This document shows positions 30,873-41,489 of a stretch of 64,000 nucleotides of DNA, piece by piece. Below the pieces are notes generated by a model that was not told where the DNA came from, searched no databases, and saw only the letters and a list, made by a program, of their open reading frames with translations. A program made the translations under genes and the position numbers. The stretch is from an uncultured Actinomycetes bacterium (GTDB lineage: Bacteria > Actinomycetota > Thermoleophilia > Gaiellales > JAICJC01), in the NCBI GenBank assembly GCA_963708365.1, contig CAVPSM010000011.1:67606-131605 (forward strand), written 5' to 3'. The first letter of the stretch is position 1. Every line of letters starts with the position of its first letter.

Positions 30873-33382
30873 ACCGATTCCCGCAGCCTCGCCTCCAGCT
30901 CCTCGAGCTCGGCCGCGTAGCGGGCCTCCTTGGCGCGCTCCTCCTCGACCTTCTGAGGCGGGGCCTTGGATGTGAAACGCTCGTTCGCGAGCATCGCGCG
31001 GGAGCGGTCGAGCTCGGCGCGGACGCGGGCGATGTCCTGCTCCAGGCGCGCGCGCACGACCGCCGGATCCTCTGCCTTCGCCTCGACGACGACCGAGGTC
31101 ACCGAGTCCTCCACCACGTCGGTCGCCCGCGGCGCCAGCGCCCGCACGAGCGCGGCGGCGGCGAAGCCTCTCGGCAGGACCAGGCGCACGTCCGGCGCCG
31201 AGCGGGCCTGCGACACCGCCTCGATCGCCGCCTGGACGTCGGCCTCGGCGCGCGGGTCGCGGTGCTCGGCGACCGGCGCCGGGTACGGCTGCAGCATCAG
31301 CAGGCCGCGCTCGCCGGGCAGGTGCGACCAGACCGCCTCGGTCACGAACGGGCAGATCGGGTGGGTCAGGGCCAGGATCCGCTCGAGCATCCACAGAAGG
31401 TTTGCCGACACGGCCTGGCGAGCCGCCGCATCCTCGCCCGCAAGGCGCGGCTTGGCGGCCTCGATGTACCAGTCGCAGAAGTCGAACACGAACGCGTAGA
31501 GCGTCTTCACCGCGGCCGAGAACTCGTAGTCCTCGAGCAGCCGCAGCACGTCCTCGTTGGCGCGGGCCAGGCGCGAGCGCACCCAGCGGTCGGCCGGCTC
31601 GTCACCCGCCGGCGCCGGCGGGGCGCCGAGGTCGGCCTGGGTGATCACGAACCGGGCCGCGTTCCAGAGCTTGTTCGCGAACTTCGCCCCTTCGGCGATC
31701 GCCCCGCGCGAGAAGCGCACGTCCTGGGTCGAGCTCATCTTCATGAGCCCGTAGCGGGTCGCGTCGGCGCCGTAGGTGTCAACCAGCTCGAGCGGGTCGA
31801 CGCCGGTGCCGAGCGACTTCGACATGCGCCGCCCGTCCGGCGCCTGGATGGTCGAGTTGATGACGACGTCCGAGAACGGGATGTCGCCCATGAACTCGAG
31901 CCCCATCATCAGCATCCGCGCCACCCACAGGTTGATGATGTCGCGGGCGGTCGTGAGCACGTGGCCGGGGTAGTAGCGGCCCAGCCGCGGGTCGTCCCCG
32001 GGCCAGCCGATGGTCGCGAACGGCCACAGCGCCGACGAGAACCAGGTGTCGAGGATGTCCGGATCGCGGCCGAGCTCCGCCGAGCCGCACGTCGCACACG
32101 CCGCCGGCTCTTCCACGGCGGCCGTGTGGTGGCCGTCCGGGCAGTACCAGACCGGGATCTGGTGGCCCCACCAGAGCTGGCGCGAGATGCACCACGGGCG
32201 GATGTTGTCCATCCAGTTGAAGTAGGTGTTCTCCTGCGTCTTCGGGTGGAAGCGCACGTTCCCCGAACGCACCCGCGCGTTCGCGGCGGCGGCCAGCTCG
32301 TCCATCCGCATGAACCACTGCAGCGAGATCAGCGGCTCGATGCGGTCGCCGGTGCGGTCGCAGTGGCCGACCTCGTGCTCGTACGGCTCCTCACGGCGGA
32401 GCAGGCCCTGGGCGAAGAGGGCGTCGCGCACACGGCCGCGGGCCTCGCCGACGGGCAGGCCGGCGAACTCGCCGGCGAGCTCGGTCATGCGGCCGTCGTA
32501 GCCGATCGCCGAGAGCTCCGGGAGGCCGTGGCGACGGCCGATCTCGAAGTCGTTCGGGTCGTGCCCGGGGGTGACCTTGAGCGCGCCGGTGCCGAAGTCC
32601 ATCTTCACGTACTCGTCGGCGATGATCGGCACCTCGCGGTCGACGAGCGGCACGATCGCGGTCTTCCCCACCAGGTGCGTGTAGCGCTCATCGGCCGGAT
32701 GCACGGCCACGGCCGTGTCGGCCAGGATCGTTTCCGGCCGCACTGTCGCCACGGTCAGGAAGTCGTCGGTGTCTTTGATCCGGTAGCGCACGTCGAAGAG
32801 CGTGTCGACCGCGTGCTCGTAGCGCACCTCGAGGTCGGAGATGGTCGAGGCGCACGTCGGGCACCAGTTGATCAGCCGGTTGTCGCGGTAGATCCAGCCC
32901 TTGGCGTGCAGCCGCACGAACATCTCCAGCACCGCGCGCACGTAACCCTCGTCCATCGTAAAGCGCTCGTGGCCGTAGTCGAGCGTGCAGCCGAGCCGGC
33001 GGAACTGCTGGATGATGGTTGCACCGGTCGTCTCGCGCCACTGCCATACCCGCTCGAGGAACGCCTCGCGGCCGAGGTCGAACCGGGTCGTGCCCTCGGC
33101 TCGCAGCTGCTTCTCGATCACCGCGTGGACGGCGATCGACGCATGGTCGGTGCCGCAGATCCAGAGGGCGTCGCGGCCCTGCATGCGGCGCAGCCGGATG
33201 AGCGCGTCCTGGAACGAGCCGTTCAGGGCGTGGCCCATGTGCAGCTCGCCGGTCACGTTCGGCGGCGGGAGCGCGATCGCATAGGGCTCGCCGCCCGCCG
33301 GCCCTCCGGCGAACACGCCGGTCGCCTCCCAGAGGGCGAAGATCGGCCCCTCTGCGGCGGCGGGGTCATAGCGGGCGTCCAT
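30869..33382 (-). CDS. valS: valine--tRNA ligase
   Basis: 837 aa, intact. HIGH-type motif PPPNVTGELHMGHA, KMSKS motif as RMSKSLG, C-terminal coiled coil. Confidence 0.95.
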   Translation of the reverse strand: MDARYDPAAAEGPIFALWEATGVFAGGPAGGEPYAIALPPPNVTGELHMGHALNGSFQDALIRLRRMQGRDALWICGTDHASIAVHAVIEKQLRAEGTTRFDLGREAFLERVWQWRETTGATIIQQFRRLGCTLDYGHERFTMDEGYVRAVLEMFVRLHAKGWIYRDNRLINWCPTCASTISDLEVRYEHAVDTLFDVRYRIKDTDDFLTVATVRPETILADTAVAVHPADERYTHLVGKTAIVPLVDREVPIIADEYVKMDFGTGALKVTPGHDPNDFEIGRRHGLPELSAIGYDGRMTELAGEFAGLPVGEARGRVRDALFAQGLLRREEPYEHEVGHCDRTGDRIEPLISLQWFMRMDELAAAANARVRSGNVRFHPKTQENTYFNWMDNIRPWCISRQLWWGHQIPVWYCPDGHHTAAVEEPAACATCGSAELGRDPDILDTWFSSALWPFATIGWPGDDPRLGRYYPGHVLTTARDIINLWVARMLMMGLEFMGDIPFSDVVINSTIQAPDGRRMSKSLGTGVDPLELVDTYGADATRYGLMKMSSTQDVRFSRGAIAEGAKFANKLWNAARFVITQADLGAPPAPAGDEPADRWVRSRLARANEDVLRLLEDYEFSAAVKTLYAFVFDFCDWYIEAAKPRLAGEDAAARQAVSANLLWMLERILALTHPICPFVTEAVWSHLPGERGLLMLQPYPAPVAEHRDPRAEADVQAAIEAVSQARSAPDVRLVLPRGFAAAALVRALAPRATDVVEDSVTSVVVEAKAEDPAVVRARLEQDIARVRAELDRSRAMLANERFTSKAPPQKVEEERAKEARYAAELEELEARLRESV

Positions 33383-33437
33383 GCGGCCAATCGTAGTAGG
33401 CCGTCAAGTTCGCGCCCAGCCGGTCGATAGTCCCCGC

Positions 33438-33650
33438 ATGACCCGCGAGACCGCCTTCTGGCACGAGTACGTGCTCCAGCACCCGGGCCACGCGGTGTTC
33501 ACGGTCGACCCGAGCCACGCGTTCGGGGCGGCGGTGTGCCTGTTCCTGCTCGCCTGCTGGACGGCCATGCAGGTGCAGTCGCGCTGCGGCGAGTGCGCGG
33601 CGATGCCGGTGCGCTGCCGCTGCGCACGAGAGCGCATGCGCCGGGGCTGA
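33438..33650 (+). CDS. hypothetical 70-aa protein with one hydrophobic segment and Cys-rich tail
   Basis: The ATG at 33438 opens a frame with almost exclusively G/C third positions: MTRETAFWHEYVLQHPGHAVFTVDPSHAFGAAVCLFLLACWTAMQVQSRCGECAAMPVRCRCARERMRRG. Confidence 0.45.
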   Translation: MTRETAFWHEYVLQHPGHAVFTVDPSHAFGAAVCLFLLACWTAMQVQSRCGECAAMPVRCRCARERMRRG

Positions 33651-33674
33651 CCGGCCTCTCGTAGTCTGCGGTCC

Positions 33675-34157
33675 GTGGACGGGCCGATCGTCGAGGTGCG
33701 CGACCATCGTGTCGAGACGCGGCTCTGGCTGCCGCACGGCCGTGCCGAGCTGTTCCCGTTCTTCGCCGACGCGCACAACCTCGAGGCGATCACGCCTCCG
33801 TGGCTGCGATTCGCGGTGCTGACGCCGGCGCCGATCGAGATGCGGGCCGGCGCGCTGATCGACTATCGGCTGCGCCTGCACGGCGTGCCGCTGCGCTGGC
33901 GCACGGAGATCGCCGTCTGGGAGCCGCCGACTCGCTTCGTCGACCGCCAGGTCGCCGGGCCGTACGAGACCTGGGAGCACGAGCACCGGTTCCGCGACGT
34001 GGCCGGCGGCGTCGTCATGTCCGACCACGTCTGCTACCGCATCCGCGGCGGCCGACTGGCCGACCTGGTCGGCGATCGGGCCGTCGCCCGCCGCGACTTG
34101 CGCCGGATCTTCGAGCACCGCCGCAACGCGCTGGAGGCCCGCTTCGGCGTCGGGTAA
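33675..34157 (+). CDS. SRPBCC (START/Bet v1-like) ligand-binding family protein
   Basis: 160 aa. FPFFADAHNLEAITPPWLRFAVLT ... FVDRQVAGPYETWEHEHRF matches the COG4276-type SRPBCC signature (G.F..W.H.H.F). Confidence 0.65.
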   Translation: MDGPIVEVRDHRVETRLWLPHGRAELFPFFADAHNLEAITPPWLRFAVLTPAPIEMRAGALIDYRLRLHGVPLRWRTEIAVWEPPTRFVDRQVAGPYETWEHEHRFRDVAGGVVMSDHVCYRIRGGRLADLVGDRAVARRDLRRIFEHRRNALEARFGVG

Positions 34158-34166
34158 CGTGGCGGC

Positions 34167-34787
34167 GTGCACGCCGTCCTCGTGGGATTCGGGCTGGGCT
34201 TCTTCGTGGCGCTCCAGCTCGGGCCGATGTCGCTCTTCCTGATCCGCTCGACCCTGCGCCGCGGGTGGGCGGTCGGGCTCGCGATCGGCGCCGGCGTGGC
34301 AGTGATCGACGCCGCCTACGCCACCCTGGGCGCCGCCGGCGCCGTGCCGCTGCTCACGATCGGCCCGCTGCGCGTCGTGCTCGGCGTGGCCGGCGGCGCC
34401 GTGCTCGTCGCGCTCGGAGCGCGCACCCTGTGGAGCGCATTCCGCGTCCGTACCGGCGGCGAGCTCGACTACGAGGTGTCAGGCCCGCGCCGGGCGTTCG
34501 TGACGTCGCTCGTCGGGACGGCGTCGAACCCGCTCACGATCGCGTCCTGGGCCGCTATCTTCGCCGCCGCCAGCGCGCGCACCGGGACGTCGGCGAGCTC
34601 CGCAGCGATGCTCGTGGTCGGCGTCGCGCTCGGGAGCGCCGCCTGGATGACGGCCCTGGCGAGCGGGATCGCCGTCGTCCGCCGTGCGGCCGGCCCGCGC
34701 GCGATCCGCATCGCCGATGCGATCGCCGGCCTCGGCCTGCTCGGCTTCGGCGGCGCGCTCATGTACAGCGCCGTCCACGACAGGTAG
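34167..34787 (+). CDS. LysE/RhtB family amino-acid exporter
   Basis: 206 aa, 6 TM. N-terminal GFGLGFFVALQLGPMSLFLIRSTL and mid ASNPLTIASWAAIF are typical LysE family segments. Confidence 0.8.
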   Translation: MHAVLVGFGLGFFVALQLGPMSLFLIRSTLRRGWAVGLAIGAGVAVIDAAYATLGAAGAVPLLTIGPLRVVLGVAGGAVLVALGARTLWSAFRVRTGGELDYEVSGPRRAFVTSLVGTASNPLTIASWAAIFAAASARTGTSASSAAMLVVGVALGSAAWMTALASGIAVVRRAAGPRAIRIADAIAGLGLLGFGGALMYSAVHDR

Positions 34788-34801
34788 CGGCCGGGCGTTC
34801 A

Positions 34802-34832
34802 GGTGCCTGGCACCGTGCCGGTGCCAGGCACC
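34802..34832. repeat. palindromic element GGTGCCTGGCACCG-TGC-CGGTGCCAGGCACC (copy 2); likely bidirectional terminator hairpin
   Basis: Perfect 14-bp stem with a 3-nt loop between the convergent lysE and clpX stops. Its arms are shared with 25593-25630. Confidence 0.7.
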
Positions 34833-34848
34833 GGTCCGGGCAGGTGAT

Positions 34849-36129
<1,281 letters not shown>

Positions 36130-36714
36130 CTAGTGCTTGGCGATCACGCGGTCGATGATCCCGTACTCCTGTGCCTCGTCGGCGCTCATGAAGAAGTCGC
36201 GCTCGGTGTCTCGGGCGACCTTCTCGATCGGCTGTCCCGACTTGTCCGCGATGATCTGATCGAGCCGCTTGCGCAGGTCGATGATCTCGCGGGCATGTAT
36301 CTCAATATCGGTCGCCTGGCCCTGAAATCCAGAGCTGACCTGATGAATCAGGATCTTGGCGTTCGGCAGGGCCATCCGCTTGCCCTTGGTGCCGCCAGCG
36401 AGCAGCAGCGCACCCATGCTCATCGCGATGCCGACGCAGATCGTCTGCACGTCCGGCTTCACGAAGTTCATGGTGTCGTAGATGGCGAGACCGGCGTAGA
36501 CGCTGCCGCCCGGAGAGTTGACGTAGAGCGAGATGTCCTTGTCCGGGTCCTCGCTCTCGAGGTGCAGCAGCTGGGCCACGATCAGGTTGGCGATCTGGTC
36601 GTCGACGGGCGTCCCCAGGAAGATGATGCGCTCGTTCAGCAGCCGCGAGTAGATATCGAAGGACCGCTCGCCCCGCGACGTCTGCTCGATCACCATCGGA
36701 ATCAGTGGACTCAC
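36130..36714 (-). CDS. clpP: ATP-dependent Clp protease proteolytic subunit
   Basis: 194 aa. [19 protein letters not shown]. Catalytic Ser in [11 protein letters not shown] and His in ILIHQ. Confidence 0.95.
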   Translation of the reverse strand: MSPLIPMVIEQTSRGERSFDIYSRLLNERIIFLGTPVDDQIANLIVAQLLHLESEDPDKDISLYVNSPGGSVYAGLAIYDTMNFVKPDVQTICVGIAMSMGALLLAGGTKGKRMALPNAKILIHQVSSGFQGQATDIEIHAREIIDLRKRLDQIIADKSGQPIEKVARDTERDFFMSADEAQEYGIIDRVIAKH

Positions 36715-36738
36715 GTGTGTGCTCCTCGGGTAGGCCGG

Positions 36739-38133
36739 CTAGCTCGCGCCGGGGGTCCAGATCGCAGGAGACTTAGCGCTCTCCTGCGCACTTTCCTTCT
36801 CGGGCGTCCACAACTTCTCTTTCGCGTCCGCCTGCTCGGCCGTGATCTCTTTGGCGTTCTCGGTCACGATGTCCAGCGCTTTCTGCGCTGCCAGATCGAG
36901 CCGCAGCGCTGTCAGCGCGGCCGGGTCGCCGGTCAGCCGCTCGACCGCCCCGTCGGCGTCCTCGTCGGCTTCGGCGGCCTGCTCGCGCACCCACTCCTCG
37001 ACCATCTCGTCGGTGACCTCGATGTTCTCCGCGGCGACGACCGCCTCGAGCGCGAGATCCTTGCGGACGAGGTCGAGCGCCTGCGCGCGCATGTCCTCGA
37101 CGAGCTGCTCGGGCGTCATGCCGGTGACGCGCAGGTAGTCCTCGAGGGCGACGCCGCGGGCCTGGAGCGTCTGGCTGAACGAACGGGTCAGGCTCGCGAG
37201 CCGGCTCTGGACGAGCGCGTCGGGGACGGGCGTCTTGAGCTCCTGCCCGAGCGCGTCCAGCACGGACGAGCGAAAGCGCCGCTCCGACTCGGCCTCGATC
37301 ACCTCGCGCACGCGCTCGTGGATGTCGGCGCGCAGCTCGTCCAGGGTGTCGAACTCGCTGACGGCCATCGCGAACTCGTCGTCGAGCTCGGGCAGCACCC
37401 GCTCCTTCACGTCGCTCATCTTGACGTGGAAGCTGACCTCTTTGCCGGCCAGGTGCTCGGCGGCGTAGTCCTCCGGCATCGTCAGCGGGATGTCGCGCTC
37501 CTCCCCCGCCTTCATGCCGACCAGACCCCGCTCGAGCTCCGCGACCAGCCGGCCCGTGCCGAGCTCGACCGCGTACTGCGAGCCGGCGCCGCCCTCGAAC
37601 GGCGCGCCGTCCATGGTGCCCTCGAAGTCGATCACGAGGAAGTCGCCGTCCTGGGCACCGCGCTCGACCGCGGTCAGCTCGGCGACCGTGGTGCGCAGGC
37701 GGTCGATCTCGCCGTCAACTGCCTCCTGCGGCACCTCGACGGGGACGCGCACGCCTTCGAGGCCCTTGTAGGACTTCACCTCCGGCGGGGGCTTCACCTC
37801 GACCTCGGCGGTGAACGCAAACGGCGCGCCCTCGAGCGGCTCGTCCGACCAGTCGATCGTGGGCCGGTCGATCGGGTCGATCCCGGCGACGGCCACCGCC
37901 CGCGAGTACCACCCGCTGAGGTGGTCGCGCAGCGCCTCCTCGACGACGGTGTCGCGGCCGACCTGGCGCATGACGAGCGGCATGGGCGCCTTGCCCTTGC
38001 GGAAGCCGGGCACCCGGACCGAGCGCGAAAGGTCTGACAGCGCGTGCTCGAACGCGTGGTCGACATCGCCCGCCGGCACCTCGATATCGAGACGGACGCG
38101 GTTGTCGGCGAGTTCGGAGACCTGGGTCTTCAT
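36739..38133 (-). CDS. tig: trigger factor
   Basis: 464 aa. N-terminal ribosome-binding VPGFRKGKAP motif, central FKBP-type PPIase region and C-terminal arm. tig-clpP-clpX order. Confidence 0.95.
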   Translation of the reverse strand: MKTQVSELADNRVRLDIEVPAGDVDHAFEHALSDLSRSVRVPGFRKGKAPMPLVMRQVGRDTVVEEALRDHLSGWYSRAVAVAGIDPIDRPTIDWSDEPLEGAPFAFTAEVEVKPPPEVKSYKGLEGVRVPVEVPQEAVDGEIDRLRTTVAELTAVERGAQDGDFLVIDFEGTMDGAPFEGGAGSQYAVELGTGRLVAELERGLVGMKAGEERDIPLTMPEDYAAEHLAGKEVSFHVKMSDVKERVLPELDDEFAMAVSEFDTLDELRADIHERVREVIEAESERRFRSSVLDALGQELKTPVPDALVQSRLASLTRSFSQTLQARGVALEDYLRVTGMTPEQLVEDMRAQALDLVRKDLALEAVVAAENIEVTDEMVEEWVREQAAEADEDADGAVERLTGDPAALTALRLDLAAQKALDIVTENAKEITAEQADAKEKLWTPEKESAQESAKSPAIWTPGAS

Positions 38134-38185
38134 ACGGGGGGTGACGCCAAGGGTGAGGCCCCCGGAGCCGTTCTCTAACCTTAGT

Positions 38186-38214
38186 CGCGCCGGGACGGGT
38201 GTGCCACCGGCGCG
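38186..38214 (-). terminator. GC-rich hairpin CGCGCCGG-N13-CCGGCGCG downstream of the CPA2 gene
   Basis: 8-bp perfect stem about 20 nt after the stop at 38235. There is no U-tract, so it is only a candidate terminator. Confidence 0.3.
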
Positions 38215-38234
38215 ACCAAGGGGTCAGACGGCGG

Positions 38235-39647
38235 CTAGACCAGGGCTGCGACCTGCTCGGCGGCCGCGTCCGTCGGCGCGTCGCCCGGGCGTACGAGCAG
38301 CTCCTCGCGGGGCACGCGGTCGAGCCAGGCGCCGGCGGCGAGCGACGTCACGATCGCCAGCAGGACGAGCACCGCGTAGAACGGCTGGCTGATGATCCCG
38401 GCGGCGAACGCCGTCGACGCGACCACGATCCCGGGGCCGCCGCGCGCGTTCATGGCGACCGCCAGGTTGAGCGACGAGCGGCCCGTCTCTCCGGCCACGC
38501 GGGCGCCCGCGAAGACGCTCGCGGCCTTGATCGCACATGCGGCGACCAGGAAGCCGGCGAAGAAGACGATGCTGAAGCCGTGCACCAGGTCGAGCCCGAG
38601 CCCGATCATCGCGAAGTAGATCGGGATGAAGAACGCCAGGGCGAAGCTCGTAACCGCCATGGTGGCCTCGGACGGCTCGGACTCGGTCGAGCCGACGACG
38701 ATGCCGGCGACGAGCGCCCCGAAGAAGGCCTCGATGCCCAGGCCCAGCGCAGCGATGGTCAGGAGCAGCATGAACGTGAACTGGTGGCCGATCGGGCTCG
38801 CGCGCTGGATCAGGTTGACCTTGAGGCCGCCGATCCAGCGGTAGAGCCGCGGGCCGGCGACGAGCGAGACCGTCAGGAATGCGACCGTGGCAAGCACGTG
38901 GTAGGCCATGTCGGCGTTGGAGCCGCCCGCGATGTCGAGCGCGGCGGGGAGGCCGAACAGCGAGCCGGCCTGGGCGCCGGCGTAGCCGATCGCGATCGCG
39001 AGCACGATGTAGAGGACGAGGTCCTCGAGCACGGCCACGCCGAGGACGACGCGGGCGAAGGTCGTGTCGAGGATGCCGAGGTCGTGCATGATCCGCGAGA
39101 TCACCGGGATGCTCGTGACCGCCATCGAGATGGCGAAGATGAGCAGGAAGGACTTGCTGTTGCCGTTCGGGCCCCACATCTGGTGCAGGCTCGTGAACTG
39201 AAGGATGGCGATGCCCGCCAGGAACGGGATCAGCATCCCGGCCACGAAGACGGCGCCGACGGTGCGGCGCTCGTCGCGGTGGAAGACCCGCCGGATCTCG
39301 ACGCCGGTGATGAAGAGCAGCAGCAGCAGGCCGAGCTGGTTGACCGCGGCCAGCACCGTGGGCGTGGCGCCGGTGGTCGGGAAGAGCCAGGCCTGGGCGT
39401 GCGGCGCGAAATTGCCGAACAGTGTGGCGCCCAGCAGGAGGCCGCCGACCACCTCGCCGATGGCGCGCGGCTGGCGGAAGCGGACGAACAGCGAGCCCAT
39501 CCCGTGCGCAACCAGCAGGAGCGCCGCGAGCGCCATGAGGATATGGGCGACATCGGCCGTCTGAAGGGACACCTGCGCTCCTTTGCACCAGGCGGGGCCC
39601 ACACCCCGCGTCTCCACGAGCGTACGAGGTGGTGAAGAACCGGACAA
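38235..39647 (-). CDS. cation:proton antiporter, CPA2 (Kef/NapA-like) family
   Basis: 470 aa, about 12 TM. FRQPRAIGEVVGGLLLGATLFGN is the typical CPA2 N-terminal motif. The true start is probably internal (around VSLQTADVAHILM). Confidence 0.8.
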   Translation of the reverse strand: MSGSSPPRTLVETRGVGPAWCKGAQVSLQTADVAHILMALAALLLVAHGMGSLFVRFRQPRAIGEVVGGLLLGATLFGNFAPHAQAWLFPTTGATPTVLAAVNQLGLLLLLFITGVEIRRVFHRDERRTVGAVFVAGMLIPFLAGIAILQFTSLHQMWGPNGNSKSFLLIFAISMAVTSIPVISRIMHDLGILDTTFARVVLGVAVLEDLVLYIVLAIAIGYAGAQAGSLFGLPAALDIAGGSNADMAYHVLATVAFLTVSLVAGPRLYRWIGGLKVNLIQRASPIGHQFTFMLLLTIAALGLGIEAFFGALVAGIVVGSTESEPSEATMAVTSFALAFFIPIYFAMIGLGLDLVHGFSIVFFAGFLVAACAIKAASVFAGARVAGETGRSSLNLAVAMNARGGPGIVVASTAFAAGIISQPFYAVLVLLAIVTSLAAGAWLDRVPREELLVRPGDAPTDAAAEQVAALV

Positions 39648-39677
39648 CCCCCCGAACGGGGGCCATGTCCCGCCGGG

Positions 39678-40536
39678 TCAGGCGGGGCGGCGGTCGGCCA
39701 GGCGCTCGCCGAGCAGGGTGAACGCGCAGACCGTGATCACGATCAGCGCGCCCGCGTAGAGTGACTGCTCCGGGTGCCCGGCCAGGATGTTCTGCTCGCC
39801 GGATGCCACCATCACGCCCCAGTCCGCCGTCGGCGGCTGCACGCCGAGGCCGAGGAACGACAGCCCGGCCAGGTCGATCATCACGTAGCCGAACGAGACG
39901 GTCGCCTGGGCGACGATCAGCGGCACCAGGTTCGGCGCGATGTGGCGGCCGCAGATGCGGATCGCCGAGAAGCCCTGCACCTCGAGCGCCTGCACGTAGG
40001 CCAGCCGCCGCTCGCGGATCGCCGCGCCGCGCGTGACCCGGGCCAGGTAGGGCATGTGCGCGATCGCGAGCGCGATCACCGCCGAGCTGCAGACCCGCCC
40101 CGAAGAACGCGATCACGAGGATCGCGAGCAGGATCCCGGGGAAGGCGAAGATCACGTCGAGGACGCGCGAGACGGATGCCGTCGACGAACCCGCCCCGCC
40201 ACGCCGCCAGGAGCGCGAGCGGCACCCCCAGCGCGACCTCGAGGATGACGACGATCAGCGGGCCGACCAGGCTCGTCCGCGAGCCCGCGATCAAGCGCGA
40301 GAGCAGGTCGCGGCCGGTGTCGTCGGTGCCCAGCAGGTGCTCGGCCGACGGGGCGCGCGAACGGGTGCAGCAGGTCGATCGCGTTCGGGTCGTGCGGCGC
40401 CAGCCAGCGGCGCGAAGATGGCGACGAGCGCGAGCAGGGCAATGACGATCGCGCTCACGACGCCCACCACGCCGATCCGCGGCAGCCAGGCGAACACGAG
40501 CCGCCGGCCCGCGGGCGCGATCGACAGGCCGGTCAC
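39678..40536 (-). CDS. peptide/nickel ABC transporter permease (DppC/OppC-like), at least 3 frameshifts
   Basis: Pieces in different frames: MTGLSIAPAGRRLVFAWLPRIGVVGVVSAIVIALLALVAIFAPL; LAPHDPNAIDLLHPFARP; LIAGSRTSLVGPLIVVILEVALGVPLALLAAWRGGFVDG; intact C-half MIALAIAHMPYLARVTRGAAIRERRLAYVQALEVQGFSAIRICGRHIAPN. Confidence 0.75.
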
Positions 40537-41486
40537 GGGCCGCTCCCGCCGACCTCGATGCGCGGGTCGATCACCGCGTAGAGGAGGTCGACGATCGTGT
40601 TCACGATGATGAACGCCGCCACCAGGATGAGGCAGATCGCCTGGACGACCGGGATGTCCTTCTGGCCGACGGCCTCGACCAGGTACGAGCCGAGCCCGTT
40701 CAGCGCGAACGCATTCTCGACGACGACCGTGCCGGCGATCAGGCTCGCGATCGTCAGTCCAGCGACCGTCGTGATCGGGATCAGGGCGTTGCGCAGCACG
40801 TGGCGGCGGATGACGAGCCGCTCGGGGATGCCGCGGCCGCGGGCCGTGTCGACGTGCTCACGGCGCAGCTCGTCGTTCGCCGCAGCGCGGGTGAGCCGGG
40901 CCACGTAGGCGACGCCCGAGAGCGCGAGCGCGACCGCCGGCATCGTCATGTGTTTCAGCTCGTCGCCGAACCCCGACCCCGTCCCGAGCGCGGGCAGCCA
41001 GCCCAGCTGGAGCGTGAAGATCGAGATCAGGACGATCGCCGCGACGAACGACGGCGTCGACGTGCCGACGGCGGTCGCGCCCAGGATCACCGTGTCGGTG
41101 TGGCCCTTGCGCAGCGCCGAGACCACGCCGAGGGCGACCCCCACCAGCAGGATGAGCACGGCCGAGTAGACGACCAGGAAGACCGTTGTCCCGATCCGGG
41201 GCTCGATCAGGGCCGACACCTGCTGGCGGAACACGATCGAGCGGCCGAAGTCGCCGTGCAGGATCCCGGTCAGCCAGTCCCAGTAGCGGACGAGGAACGG
41301 CTTGTCGAACCCGTACTCGTGGCTGATCGCCCGCAGGGTGGCGGGTGGCAGCGGCCGGCCGCCCGTGACGGCGTCGAGCGGGCTCCCCGGAGCGAGGTAG
41401 ACGGCGCCGTAGACGATGAAGCTGGTTGCGAACAGCGTCGCCACGAGCGCGGCGAGCCTGCGGGCGATGAAGGCTCCCAGGCCCAC
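40533..41486 (-). CDS. peptide/nickel ABC transporter permease (DppB/OppB-like)
   Basis: 317 aa. FIARRLAALVATLFATSFIVYGAVYLAPGSP and EAA-loop-like TARGRGIPERLVIRRHVLRNALIP. Confidence 0.85.
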   Translation of the reverse strand: MGLGAFIARRLAALVATLFATSFIVYGAVYLAPGSPLDAVTGGRPLPPATLRAISHEYGFDKPFLVRYWDWLTGILHGDFGRSIVFRQQVSALIEPRIGTTVFLVVYSAVLILLVGVALGVVSALRKGHTDTVILGATAVGTSTPSFVAAIVLISIFTLQLGWLPALGTGSGFGDELKHMTMPAVALALSGVAYVARLTRAAANDELRREHVDTARGRGIPERLVIRRHVLRNALIPITTVAGLTIASLIAGTVVVENAFALNGLGSYLVEAVGQKDIPVVQAICLILVAAFIIVNTIVDLLYAVIDPRIEVGGSGP

Positions 41487-41489
41487 CGG

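Noticed and set aside
30659-33430. 923-aa forward ORF opposite valS
   Set aside because: Antisense shadow ORF of the intact valS. Arg/Gly/Pro-rich with no recognisable domain.
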